DNA of 64,000 nt from a virus, in IMG/VR virus record IMGVR_UViG_3300047445_000314, positions 1-64,000 of that record; one strand, 5' to 3'. The notes below the pieces were generated by a model. The model saw only the letters and a list, made by a program, of their open reading frames with translations, searched no databases and was not told the origin of the DNA. Shown piece by piece: positions 20,811 through 32,305 of the stretch. Within the stretch, counting starts at the first letter, position 1. Each line of letters starts with the position of its first letter. Made by a program: the position numbers and the translations under genes.

Positions 20811-22580
20811 CGCGGTATGATGTAGTTATCGGCAGGGAGCAAGGTAGTAAAACCCCTCGCCGAATTAATCTTTTTTCACTTAGACAAGGAGAACTGACAT
20901 GCATGCGAAAATCATCAAATACCCTGGCTACCCGCTCGGCGCGCTGGAATTCCCCAATTCGGTGCGCTACGTCGATGGTAAAACCTTCGTGCGCGCGGAT
21001 GGCGTCATCTACCACACCACTGCCCGCATCAATGGCATGTACCCGATCCGCCATGTCGTGGAACCGAGCCATCCTGAATACCGCGCTGCGCTCAACGCCT
21101 TCGCCATCCCGGCCAGCCTGCCGCCGCAACTCGGCATCAAGCGCGAGCGCGCACCGTTCTGGCGCGAGGTCGCGGAGGCCTGAACACGGATACCGTTGAC
21201 AACCACGGGCAAGCCCTGTAACAAGGTTGCAGTCAATCCGGGTTTGCAATCAACTTCAAAGGAACCATCGTGGACCTATGCAACGCGGCACTACAGTGTG
21301 AGTTGGAATTCCCGATGGTTGCCTATGGCGTGGCGACAACACCGCAACTGGAGGAGTTGCTACGCAGTATGAGGTCAGACACCGTGGTCACCCGCGACCC
21401 GCTGGTCATCACGGTGGACCTGGATAACGGCTTCCGGCTGTGGTCGGCGTTGGCCGTGTTGCCGGGAGTGTGGTTCATCCATGCCCGCGCCGGTTTGATT
21501 ATTGAATGAATACTGAATAAGGAGAAACACCATGCTGCATTATGCAACTACCTTCATCGGCCACCCGCTGGTCTTGCCGACCATCGCCATGATGGTGATC
21601 GGGCTGGTTCTGTTCGTGGCCGCGCGGGTGGTCTCCCGCTCATTGCTGGCACCCATGCCGGTGAGCTACACGCCGCCCCGCGAAACCAAGTGGCTCGGTA
21701 AGGTGGAGTAGATCATGAAGAAGAGACCATATATCGTCACCATCGCCCTGGACGTATGGGACAAGAAGCTCCTGTACAAGGCGGCGAAAGCACGCGCCAT
21801 CGCGGAGGGCGGTGGGCAGGAATTGCTGAAATACGCAGGAGGTGGTATCAATATCGAAGCCTGCCTCATCATGCTGCTCGACCCCGGTAGCCTCGATGGC
21901 TGCTCGATCGACAACACCATCGTGGAGAACGTAGCCTAGCGTGATGCGCTATGATGAATCTATGGGCAAGCGATAACCGCCGCGCCCATAGCCAACCACC
22001 TAGAAAGGGGAATATCGTGAACACCAACACTTCCAGCCTGATCTCACTTCCTTACCCGCCCATCGCGCCGCTGACGGATGGCAAGGCCTACCTGGTCATC
22101 GGACCGGACGGCCCTGATCGTCCGTACTATCAGGGTTATGACCGTGACGTCGCGCGGCTGGTTCGCAACAGCCTGTCGACCGACCTGGTCACGTTCTCCA
22201 ACTTCGACTAAGCGCGAAGGGAATCCCATCATGCTGATCGTTAAACTTGCCATCACCGTCAGCGCGCTGGGTCTACTCGACTACGCACTCGGCCAGAGCC
22301 GCTGCGCCGTATGGACCATCGGCGTGATGTCGGTCGCGGCCGGTGTATGGGTCGCCGCACTCACTTTATAAGGAGAAATACCGTGTACAACAGCATGTTC
22401 AAGCCGCTGAATAACGAGGAGCTGGTTGCCTACGCCGACTGGGCGCGAGGCAATTACATTCCTGGCACCAGCATCAATACCACCTGGCATCCGGCGGTAC
22501 GGCTGGAATGCGAGAAGATGAACCTGGAGGAAGTACAGAGACAGCCACGCGGCGGCGCACCGTTCTGATTCATCCCTTTC

Positions 22581-22616
22581 CCCGGCCCTGGCGATCCATC
22601 GCTGGCCGGGTTTTTT
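22581..22616 (+). terminator. Rho-independent terminator
   Basis: CCCGGCC/GGCCGGG stem followed by T6. Confidence 0.75.
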
Positions 22617-24590
22617 GGCGGGCGCGGCCGGTGCTGGTGCTGCTGGTGAGGAGTGGGGAGGTAAACTGATGCGGCGCGCTGGCCGTACATAGCCATGCTG
22701 ATGCGTTATAGTAGATGCATGGCACTACCGCAGTTCCACCCGCAACCAGTCACCTAGAAAGGGGCTTATCATGGCAACCCATATCATCGGCCAGCGCGCA
22801 CCGAAACCACTCGCGCAAGGCAGCACGCACATTGCAGCGCGCAGCATGGCACCTACCGCACCGCAGACGGTCGCACAGTCGCGTATGCACGCCGCGATAA
22901 CCGGCGCTTGCATGGTCGTTAGCAAAGCCCTTGCTGCCCGCATGCAAGGCAGTATCATCGTCAAAACCAAGGGCGGGTCGGTGTACGGCTATTTCGCCAA
23001 TGAAGACCGGGCAGGCGCTTTTATCACCCGCAACAAGATGCAATTGTACGCCGTCATTGTCCCGGCATAAGGAGCTGTCATGCGTTTCTCCGAAATCACC
23101 GAAGGTACTGTGTTCCTGGACCAGTACTGTGACACCTACACCAAGCGCTCGCCTGATTACGCGGAGCGCCTGCGCGATGGCCAAGAGACCGGCCGCCGCG
23201 TGGAATTCCAGCCGGACGATGGGGTTATTGTGTTGTCCAGCGAGCAGCGCTGGTCGTATATGATGTAGGTTCTTTCCACCACACCACCTTGAAAGGGATG
23301 CCATGAAACCACCGCAGCACCACAAGCATGTGTACCACCAGCGCCGCGTGACGGACGAAACGGACGCGCAGGATGCCGACAACGAGCAGATCATGCTGGT
23401 CGAAGTTGACAACGCCACCGGAGTACACCGCTTCTGGGTCCGCATCAACGTGGCGCGGCCGATCTGCAATGCCTTGCTGGGGGAGGAACACTCCCCGCGC
23501 CAGCGCATGCTGACCGGCGTCGGCGTCATGGCGCTCGGCGTGCTCATCGCCAAGTGCTTCGGGCACAGCCCGATGATGCTGATCTCCAGCATCGGCGACT
23601 GCGTCGGCTATGGCTTGCACGGCCTGGGGCTGACGCCGTTCATCGAGCACCTGGCGGAACGGGTGCGCAGGAAACGTACGTAGTACCGGGCGCGGAGGTT
23701 CTGTAAAGCCTCCGCTTTCGCGTTAAACCGGCCCGTACAGGGCGCGCAGGACAAGCGGGCAGGGTAGGCTAGGGCGGCGCGGAAAACGCCCCAAATAGCC
23801 CTTAAAACCTCACCCGCCGTCACTGAGGGGAGCAGCATGAAAAGCATCAACAAGGGTATCAGCAACACGCTGGATGCCATGTTGTTCGGCGTCCTGGCAA
23901 TACTGGTCAGCGTTGCCTGCCAGCGCGCCCGCATCCGCGAGTGGCTGTGGAGCTAACGTCGTGATTTTGCAATCAACTTCAAAGGAGCATTACCATGTAC
24001 ATTCCACAAAAAGGTGACATCGTGAAGGTCGTTGACCTGCATCAGCAGGACGCTTTCTACGAGGATGGTGAGGCGTATAGCTTCATCGGCACCCTGCGCA
24101 CCGTCACGATTGGTGCGGACAAGCCTGGCGTCCACGCGGATGCTGAAAACGGCTATTTCGCGCTGGGTCTGGATGGAGAACCTGACAGTCCGTTCTTCTT
24201 CGGTGTCAAGGTCGAACCGGCGTTCGGCTTCTGACCCTCCGCGCTGGCACTACCGGACTACGCTGATACGCTATAATTACTACATCGCCCCACCAACGGG
24301 GCGACAATCTAAACCACCTTGAAAGGGGAATATCATGAGTATGCATATCCATTACACTGCCGCCGACAAATCGGTCAACGAAGCCAAGGCCCTGCGCGAT
24401 TGCAAGGACTACCTGGGCGGCAAGTTTTACACGGCCAAGGCGCTGTTGAAAAAACAGGCTGACATGAACGAGCGCACCACCAACAAGTACCGCAGCATCG
24501 CCATGGCGCTGGACTTCGCCGGGATACGCGGCTACTGGCCGGTACGCGCCATGGTGCGCGAAGTCCTGAAGTAAGCTACACCGATCAACC

Positions 24591-24612
24591 ACCCCGCTGC
24601 GGCGGGGTTTTT
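24591..24612 (+). terminator. Rho-independent terminator
   Basis: ACCCCGC/GCGGGGT stem followed by a T-run that merges into a palindrome site. Confidence 0.7.
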
Positions 24613-24637
24613 GCAATCAATAACAAAGGGGATCGAT

Positions 24638-24841
24638 ATGTTAGAACTGACCCAAGGCATGGTCACGGTGGACGGCAAGGATCACTACGAGGTGATCACC
24701 GGCCACGCGCGCCTGCACGCGGCGATGATGCTGCAAGGCTATGCACGCATGTACGATGTCGGTGAAAACGAGGTCGTCGAGGTTGTGACGGATAACGCGG
24801 GCCACCTGATCCGCAGGAGCTATGATGATGTACCAGACTGA
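24638..24841 (+). CDS. Miniature ParB/Srx-like domain protein
   Basis: 'YEVITGHARLHAA' resembles the ParB-N 'I.DG.HR..A' motif. Confidence 0.45.
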   Translation: MLELTQGMVTVDGKDHYEVITGHARLHAAMMLQGYARMYDVGENEVVEVVTDNAGHLIRRSYDDVPD

Positions 24842-25558
24842 ATATCTCACCAAGACCGACACGGAGGGCGTGCCGTTGTTGGTCCAGAGAGTTGAATACA
24901 CACATAGCAACATGTGCTTTACGGCGCACATGTTCAATGGGGATAGCGTGACGCTGGCCTCTGAACTCGTGTCGCCGACCATGGGGCTTATGCAGTTATA
25001 CCCCACCCACGAGCAGCAAGTGGACGCGTTCGCGAGAGCTGCACACTATATTGGTCTGCACTACGCAGCACAAAGGAGATAGCCATGCATTACCTATCAT
25101 TCGCTGACGGCCGAATCAAAACGCTAAGCGCGGCGAGCGACGACCCCCTCTTTGCCCTGGCCGTGGCCAAGGGCTACGCGAGCATGTTTGGCACGCCTTG
25201 TATTCTGGTACGCCAGTCCGATCATGTGATCGTCGCCTCCGTCATCCGTGACGGCGCGGGTGGTTTTAAAACCATCCCCGCCACCATCGTGAAACAGTTT
25301 AAATAGGAGAAAACCCCATGTTCACCCATCGCTACAATGGCCTGTACATCCACGGCTATTTTGACAAGCCTGAATGCCACGTTACCGGCAGCAGGACGCT
25401 GGACCGCATGTTCAAGAGCTACCGCGCCGCACAGATCGCCATCACCAAGGCGCGCAGGGCTGGCGTCCCGCCGATGTACTGATACGCTATAATGGAGTTA
25501 TTGAAGTTGATTGCAAAACGCAGTCAGCCAATACTCGCCACCTTGAAAGGGGAATGAA

Positions 25559-25930
25559 ATGGAAAAGTCATATGTCAGCATGGAGCAACGCCAGTGCATC
25601 GTCTGCGGCGTAGTGTACGATACGGGCAGCATTCTGATGGACAAACGCCTGCGCGCCAGCATGGAAAAGAATACTGTGACCGGCACGGGCTTCTGCCCCG
25701 AACACCAAAAGCTGAAAGACGAGGGCTACATCGCGCTGATCGAGGCCGATCCGGCGACGGACAAACGCACCGGTAACATCGCGCATATTCGTGCCTCGGT
25801 ATGGCCCGATCTGTTCAGAGGGGAGCATAGCCAGCCTCCGGGTGGCATGGTCGCGTATGTCACACCCGACACCATGGACGCCCTGAAGAAGATCGCTGGC
25901 GCGGCCACTGATGACCAAGACCAGACCTGA
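25559..25930 (+). CDS. Conserved Zn-binding phage protein
   Basis: 'SYVSMEQRQCIVCG...DTGSILMDKRL...CPEH'. Confidence 0.7.
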   Translation: MEKSYVSMEQRQCIVCGVVYDTGSILMDKRLRASMEKNTVTGTGFCPEHQKLKDEGYIALIEADPATDKRTGNIAHIRASVWPDLFRGEHSQPPGGMVAYVTPDTMDALKKIAGAATDDQDQT

Positions 25931-27714
25931 CGCACTATACTAGACCTATCGAATCCACCACCGGAAGGACAACATCATGGAAAAGAACAAAACCCTGGGT
26001 TACCACCGCGACATGGCGGCGACGGTGTTCGGCGAGGAATCGGCTGCGGTCTACTTCCTGGATGAGCAGATCGCCAGCCACCCGCGCGGCCGTGACGAGG
26101 AAGTCATCATCGACGAGTCGCAACTGATCGGGCTGTTGATCGACATCGACCAGCGTGAACACGCCACCATCCATTAATTGCACACTAAGGAGAACACCAT
26201 GCGACTGGAAATCAACATCGACCTGACCGCCGCCGCGCTGTGCGGCGCGGACATCCTGTCGGACGAGGCGGGGACGGCGCTGGGCAAGATCGCCAAAGCC
26301 ATCAACGATTCACTGATCCCCATGGTGGACTTTGACAAGTACCAGAACGTGAAAGACACCAACGGCAACATCATCGGCGTATGGCGGTTGAAATGAAAGA
26401 ATTGAGCTATAAAGCCATTGCCATGATGTGCGGCTACCGCTTCCAGAAGTACGGCGATAGTTACACCTATTTTCTGTATGGCGGCACGCCGACGCGCCTG
26501 AGCGACTGGTACGATACGGAAGAGATTGCGGCGGAACAATGCTGCATCGAGAACAAACTGATAGACCCGTTCGATCTGCCACCGGTAAAGGAGGCCTAAG
26601 ATGCCTATCTGGGGCGAAGGGCTATGGACCCGCCACTACCTGCGCGGTAGCATCGGACTGCGCCGCAACCTGTACGTCTACGAGGTCACGCTGATAATCG
26701 CACGCATACACCTGACTTTCCGGTACTACCGGAAAACGAAAAGGAACTGAAATGAAGCTATACGTATGGTACGAGACGGATTACGGCAGTGGCACGTATA
26801 ACAGTGTCGCCGTGGTTGCCAATAACGTGGAAGAGGCGCGGACTGCTGCCATCGCCGCCTACCGCGCACAGAATACGCGCTCTGTCTACATACACAGCTA
26901 CCCTGAACATTACGATTACGATCCTGACGTGGAGGAAGTGGTCGAGGGCAGGCCGGTCGCCGTGTACATCGGCTAGGAGAACTGAAATGACCACTACCTA
27001 TCAACGAAAGGAGAACCACCATGCGTGACTTCACCGACGCCGAGCGCGCCATCCTGCAAGGCCGCAAGCCGGAGTTCTGTTCCGGCAGGTACGTCATCGT
27101 GCCATCGGACTACGAGGAACAGCGCCACACGCATTTCCGCGTGGTCAACCTGGAGACCGGCGCGGAATCCGCGCTGTACTCCTACCTGGTATGCGGGGCC
27201 ATCATAGTCCATGCGCAAGCGGAGGAGCTGAAAGGCTCGTTCGATATCACGGGGATACATGTATGACCACCGTCACCGGCAAGGCACTGCTCTTTATCTA
27301 CAGGCTAGATGACGGGCCTGTTCCGTTCAACGTGTACGCCTATGTCCTGACAGGCGATCAGCGCGTCGCTGACGACTTCTATCTATTAGATAGCGACAGC
27401 TTACCGCTCCCGAACGCGGCCTACCGGCTGAAACCGGGCGACCGGATCACCGTGGCGGTCAGCTATGAATTCACCTACACTCGCGGTGACGGCTGGACTA
27501 CTGACAACGATATCGACCTGCATTACAACCGACAAAAGGTCCTGCGCCGCCGCATCCACAAGGACAACTGGCGCGGTGGGGTTTTGAAATCAATGAAGAA
27601 GAGGTGACAAGGCGCGTAGGGTTTTTGAAATCAACTGCAAAATACAAACATACGCTGATGAGAGATAATGGAATCTCTCAACCAGTCATACAACGCACCT
27701 TGAAAGGGGCTATC

Positions 27715-28050
27715 GTGAAAGACATTTCCATCTACGGGCAGCAGGGCGAACGTGTTCTCATCAAAGACGACGACACGGCCATCGTGATGCACAACACGCC
27801 TGATAGCTACATCATCAATCGGGTCCTGGAGATGCGCGACGAAATGAACCGCATGCCGCTGACCGTCCGCGCCCCGCGTGACATCGGTACGGCTATCTTC
27901 CAAGCCTACATCGCCAAGGGCTTTGACAACCCCGTGGTTGTCACCAAATTCGACGACGACGGCACCATGTACAGCGTGGTCGACGGCACGCATTGCCTGA
28001 TTGGCGTCGATGACAGCAGCGCGTATTTCGTGTACATGGAACTCGCATAA
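27715..28050 (+). CDS. Hypothetical protein (GTG start after the leader motif)
   Basis: CACCTTGAAAGGGG at 27696 places the start at GTG 27715. Confidence 0.65.
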   Translation: MKDISIYGQQGERVLIKDDDTAIVMHNTPDSYIINRVLEMRDEMNRMPLTVRAPRDIGTAIFQAYIAKGFDNPVVVTKFDDDGTMYSVVDGTHCLIGVDDSSAYFVYMELA

Positions 28051-28877
28051 ACCACACCCACCGGGTTTGCCTACCCCGTGGGCACACCTTACCCTATACA
28101 GGAGAACCTGACGTGAACATGACACCCGAACAAACCGCCGCGCTGGACGCCGCCATTCCCTCCGCCGAACGCGAGCGCGTGGTCACGCTGATGGGCAAGG
28201 GTTACAAAAACCTGACGCGCGAGGAGAAACTGGAAATCCACGCCATCGCCGTCAAGGCAGCCGCCATTATCCCACCACCACCCCGCGTGGCCGCCGCGAT
28301 AGCGCGCGTGGCAGCAACCCGCCGCTAGTGATCAGTTATACTTCATACATACCAACTCCACCTTGAAAGGGGCATATCATGATGACCGCTCGCACCTTCC
28401 TGTCTATCTTGTACATGGACTGGCGCAACAACTGGCTCAGCATCGATAAGTTCGCTGAATATCACGGCCTGGAACCGGCCCGCGCCGCCGAACTGGTTGC
28501 GTTGGCGCGCCTGGTCTTCGACTCCAAACACCCTGACGCATAAGGAGAGCAGACCATGGCCAACTCATACTCTGTAGTCGAAGTACCTGTCACATTGCGT
28601 ACCGGCGAGATAGCGTATTTGCCTGTTGCGGAAGATGAAACAGAAACCTATCTGATCGTAGTCAAACCAGACAAGGCATATCTGCTCACTACGTCAGACC
28701 CAAACGAAGACCGAATCGCTGTCGGCGCATTAACTCTCGCTGAAGCTTTGGGGAAAGTCCTGCGGGATAACCCAAAGCTGTGTTATGACGATATCCTGGA
28801 TCACATGGTCTGTTGATTCAAGGCCGCGCTGATCAGCTATAATGGAATCTCTACCCACTTACACATAGGGGAATAGC

Positions 28878-29216
28878 ATGGAAACCATCAATCGCGACAT
28901 CTACGGCACCAAGGAGATCAACGGCCTCGTGGACGGCCCCGGCTACCACGCCGCCCGTGTCGAAGCAGACACCGTCGACTGGACCACGCCGGGCTTGAAG
29001 ATCACCCGCTTGCGCCTGGTCTCCGACCCCGGCTTTCCTGCATGGGACGTCTCGTACTGCCATGGCATGCTGGATGGCGAGCCGGTCGATGTGTTGTTGC
29101 CGTTCTCGCAGCTACCCAAGCGTAATACGCGGGCAGCCATCATCGACTGCGCCAAGAAAGCCAAGCTGTACGCGAAGGGCTTGGGGATTCTGGATAACAT
29201 CTCAACACTGAACTAA
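28878..29216 (+). CDS. Conserved phage hypothetical protein
   Basis: 'RLRLVSDPGFPAWDVSYCHG'; TGAT-N4-TATAAT promoter upstream. Confidence 0.7.
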   Translation: METINRDIYGTKEINGLVDGPGYHAARVEADTVDWTTPGLKITRLRLVSDPGFPAWDVSYCHGMLDGEPVDVLLPFSQLPKRNTRAAIIDCAKKAKLYAKGLGILDNISTLN

Positions 29217-30523
29217 GGAGAACCGGCCATGGATACCCCTGAAGGCACCACGCATACAATGCCATTCTACGGCAGTACGCATTTTTTCAAGCGCACTGAG
29301 TACGACCACCTGAACCAAGTATCGGAGCAATGGGAAACGCTCGTGTCTTGGTCTTTCTGGAACGGCCGGAAATGGGTTGACAGTGGTCCGGAGTTCAGTG
29401 ACCGCCGTCTCACGCCGCTGTAGCCGGGCGCGGATGGTCTTGAACCTCATTTTGCAATCAACATCAAAAAATCTACTGAAAGGAATATCATGAGAACGCC
29501 TATAACCCTGGTTGTGTATTTTGATAGTCTGCAAGACGCGGCATATCCGAATGGCACATGGGCGTGTGGTATCCCCGGCCAAGATACCTACTACGGCGAC
29601 ACTCCTGAAGCCGCGTTGGCGGCATGGCGTGCAGCTAACCCTAAATGTCAGTGAAAGGAAATACCATGAAACGCAGTGACAAGAAACCGGATGGCAACTG
29701 GCACAACATCAGCGAGGTGGAGCCGATGGAGGAAGGCCTGTACTTTGTTAAAGTAGATGCCAAATATACTTTTACACACTACGCATACTGGGACGGCCTG
29801 GAATGGAAGTCAGCCAATAGTACAATCTCCTACGCAATGCAAGCCGTGAACAAGAGCCATGTGCTGTATATGCATGGCGCGCAATGGTGCGGGGCGGCAT
29901 GAAAATCCACTACAACGACGCCAACGCCACGGTGCGCAACTTCGCCTGGGCGGCGGCTTGCTGCCAAGGCTACAACCCATGCGACCAGGTGTTCTGGAGT
30001 ATGTTCAACACCAAGCCCATCCCCGACAACCTCTGGCTGGGCGGGTTGCGGTCGATGTACGAAGACGTCATCCGTGGCCAGTTCCCCGACCTGATGATCG
30101 AGATACCGGACGACTTCCTGCACTGGCTCTGGAGTCCGCTCGGCTTCTGGCACCGGGTCGATGGCCCGCAGCGATTGTGAAAAGGCGCGGAGGGGCTATG
30201 AGAATACCGACCAACACCGGCCGCCTGAACGTATCGCAGCCCAACGTCCAGTACCTGCCTGGCACGCCACAGGCGCAGGCTGAATTACGGCACATACGGG
30301 CCGCGCTGAGCTACTACACCCTGCCGCTCTACTCGCATCATGGGCGTATCCTGCATCGGTATCATGGGGAAAGTTTTGAAGACCGTTTCATCATGGATGA
30401 CTTTGGCAACGCCTACAAGCTCACTGACTACCAGTACCACTACTACGTACAGGAATTCATCCTCAGCGGTTATACGCCGATCTAGGGGCTTTGCAATCGA
30501 CTGCAATATTTCGCGGAGGAAGT

Positions 30524-30862
30524 ATGGAAACCAATATAAGTGATGCCTTTGCCCAGCACGAAGCGCAATACAAGACCCGCGTCATGCACGCTACGTGGGG
30601 GCACCTCGCGCCGGAGCCACTGAAGGAATACCCAGGCCACATGCTGTTTGCATGGGGCCAATACGGAGACATTGTGATAGTCGACTCAGACTTCGGCGAC
30701 CTGCCCGGCTCTCCATGGCGATACAGTGCGGAGCACGACTTTGCTGGCAAGACAACCAAGATTAAAGAGCGCGGAGGATTATACAAATTTACAGGCAAGC
30801 TACGCATGTGCAGGAACGGCGTCATCAAATTCATTGGCAAGACGGTGCGCGTGCGGCCGTAG
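30524..30862 (+). CDS. Hypothetical protein (cassette 1)
   Basis: GGAGG RBS supplied by the repeat. Confidence 0.75.
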   Translation: METNISDAFAQHEAQYKTRVMHATWGHLAPEPLKEYPGHMLFAWGQYGDIVIVDSDFGDLPGSPWRYSAEHDFAGKTTKIKERGGLYKFTGKLRMCRNGVIKFIGKTVRVRP

Positions 30863-30889
30863 CCTAACATTTCGCGGAGGGTCTGACCT

Positions 30890-31090
30890 ATGTATGGCTA
30901 TAAAGCATATAACCATGAAGTGACGTTTTGGGTACGGCGCGGCGGAGGCCTTGACTGGTCCGGCTATACCATCCATGTGAGGACCAAGCATCCTGGAAGA
31001 ATAGCCGACCTGGTTCTGGCGTTCGCCATGCGCCGTGAGCCTAAGCTGACCAAGTTCGACGTACTCATCACCAGTGTAGGAATCGTGTGA
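30890..31090 (+). CDS. Hypothetical protein (cassette 2; paralog of 31325)
   Basis: MYGYKAYNHEVTFWVRR...; RBS from the repeat. Confidence 0.75.
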   Translation: MYGYKAYNHEVTFWVRRGGGLDWSGYTIHVRTKHPGRIADLVLAFAMRREPKLTKFDVLITSVGIV

Positions 31091-31108
31091 ATATTTCGCG
31101 GAGGGTTT

Positions 31109-31297
31109 ATGAACATTACTGATATCCATCCCGGACAAGTAATCACTGTCCACAACCAAGGCACCAACATCACCCCGGTGGACATCGAAGTCACGGTTCT
31201 CTGGGTTGGCCCGAACGCGGTCCATTACTACTTCAAAGGTGATCGGACCCCGCGTGAGACCTCGCGCGAGCGGTTCCTGGAGATCGTTAATCAATAA
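31109..31297 (+). CDS. Hypothetical protein (cassette 3)
   Basis: RBS from the repeat. Confidence 0.7.
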   Translation: MNITDIHPGQVITVHNQGTNITPVDIEVTVLWVGPNAVHYYFKGDRTPRETSRERFLEIVNQ

Positions 31298-31324
31298 GCT
31301 GAACATTTCGCGGAGGGCTTTGAT

Positions 31325-31522
31325 ATGTATGGCTATAAGGTGTACGACCACGAAGTAAGATTCATCGTGCGCCGCAACGGCGGGTGGTCTGATGTATTCA
31401 CGATTCGTGTCAGGACCAAGCAGCGCGGCAGGATAGCCGACCTGGTCCTGGGCTACGCCACGCGGCGCATTCCTGAACTCACCCGGTTCGACGTGTATAT
31501 TACGGGCGTGTATATCGTGTAA
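31325..31522 (+). CDS. Hypothetical protein (cassette 4; paralog of 30890)
   Basis: MYGYKVYDHEVRFIVRR...; RBS from the repeat. Confidence 0.75.
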   Translation: MYGYKVYDHEVRFIVRRNGGWSDVFTIRVRTKQRGRIADLVLGYATRRIPELTRFDVYITGVYIV

Positions 31523-31945
31523 CATTTCGCGGAGGGTCTTTCTACTTCCCTATATACCTCATAGACGTGGCTCATCCCTCCTTTAAACTCTGAAGGGCGC
31601 GGGTGGGCGCGCAGGCTTCTATGCAATTGTCCTCAATCCTACAGGCTGTCTACGAGGCTTTGTGTTTAGACCGTGGAGTATCAACTGCACATTTTTACTA
31701 GAAACAATACTTTTGAATTCATTATCGGTCATGACTGCCGTCGTGTCTGATCCTACCTACTTCGCATACGCCCCGTACCTACAGGCTCCCTGGCTTATCG
31801 CACCCTGGCCGTGGCCCCTCTCAGGTGGGCACTGCAATCCCTATACTACACCCCTGGTGGTGGGCATGTGTACTGTACTACTGCTACTGGTGAGGTGGTG
31901 AATTAGCTGTTATGATCAGTACTCTATTCAAACAAGGAGGCTGTT

Positions 31946-32305
31946 ATGGGTATCGGAAAAGGAAGTGGGCGTGGTGGTGCGCGTGCTGGTGCTGGTAAGA
32001 AGAGTGTAGATAGCGCGGAGATCGTCTACTCGGCTACGGTGACTGTTGACGAGACCACCCGCGCCCTATTGTATGAACTAGGTAACGGCAACTACTCACT
32101 AGGCGCGCGAAGGGCTGCTGCTGAACTGCTGGAGTACCGTAAGGGTAACGTAGGTGGGCATGTGAAACGTAATACTACACACGCTGCTGCGGTGAAGAAA
32201 GTTCAACCACCCGCGCCTGCTCAACCTGTACGTTCCATCCTACGGCGTCCTGGCACGGAACCGGTACTGCCGCGCGACCGGTATGCTGTCTACAGCGATG
32301 ATTGA
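31946..32305 (+). CDS. Putative DNA-binding protein (GGARAGAG-K motif plus RHH-like region)
   Basis: AAGGAGG RBS; 'RGGARAGAGKK...TVTVDETTRALLYELGNGNYSLGARRA'. Confidence 0.65.
   Translation: MGIGKGSGRGGARAGAGKKSVDSAEIVYSATVTVDETTRALLYELGNGNYSLGARRAAAELLEYRKGNVGGHVKRNTTHAAAVKKVQPPAPAQPVRSILRRPGTEPVLPRDRYAVYSDD

Larger units (their letters stand above)
30505..31536 (+). repeat. Array of five AAYATTTCGCGGAGG(G) direct repeats separating four small ORFs
   Basis: Copies start at 30505, 30866, 31090, 31302 and 31521. Confidence 0.9.

Noticed and set aside
30890-31522. DGR template/variable repeat pair (also considered for the duplication in 40180-41184)
   Set aside because: Differences are not confined to adenines and there is no reverse transcriptase in the window.
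30505-31536. CRISPR array
   Set aside because: Repeats are only 16 bp, the 'spacers' are 200-345 bp intact ORFs, and no cas genes are present.
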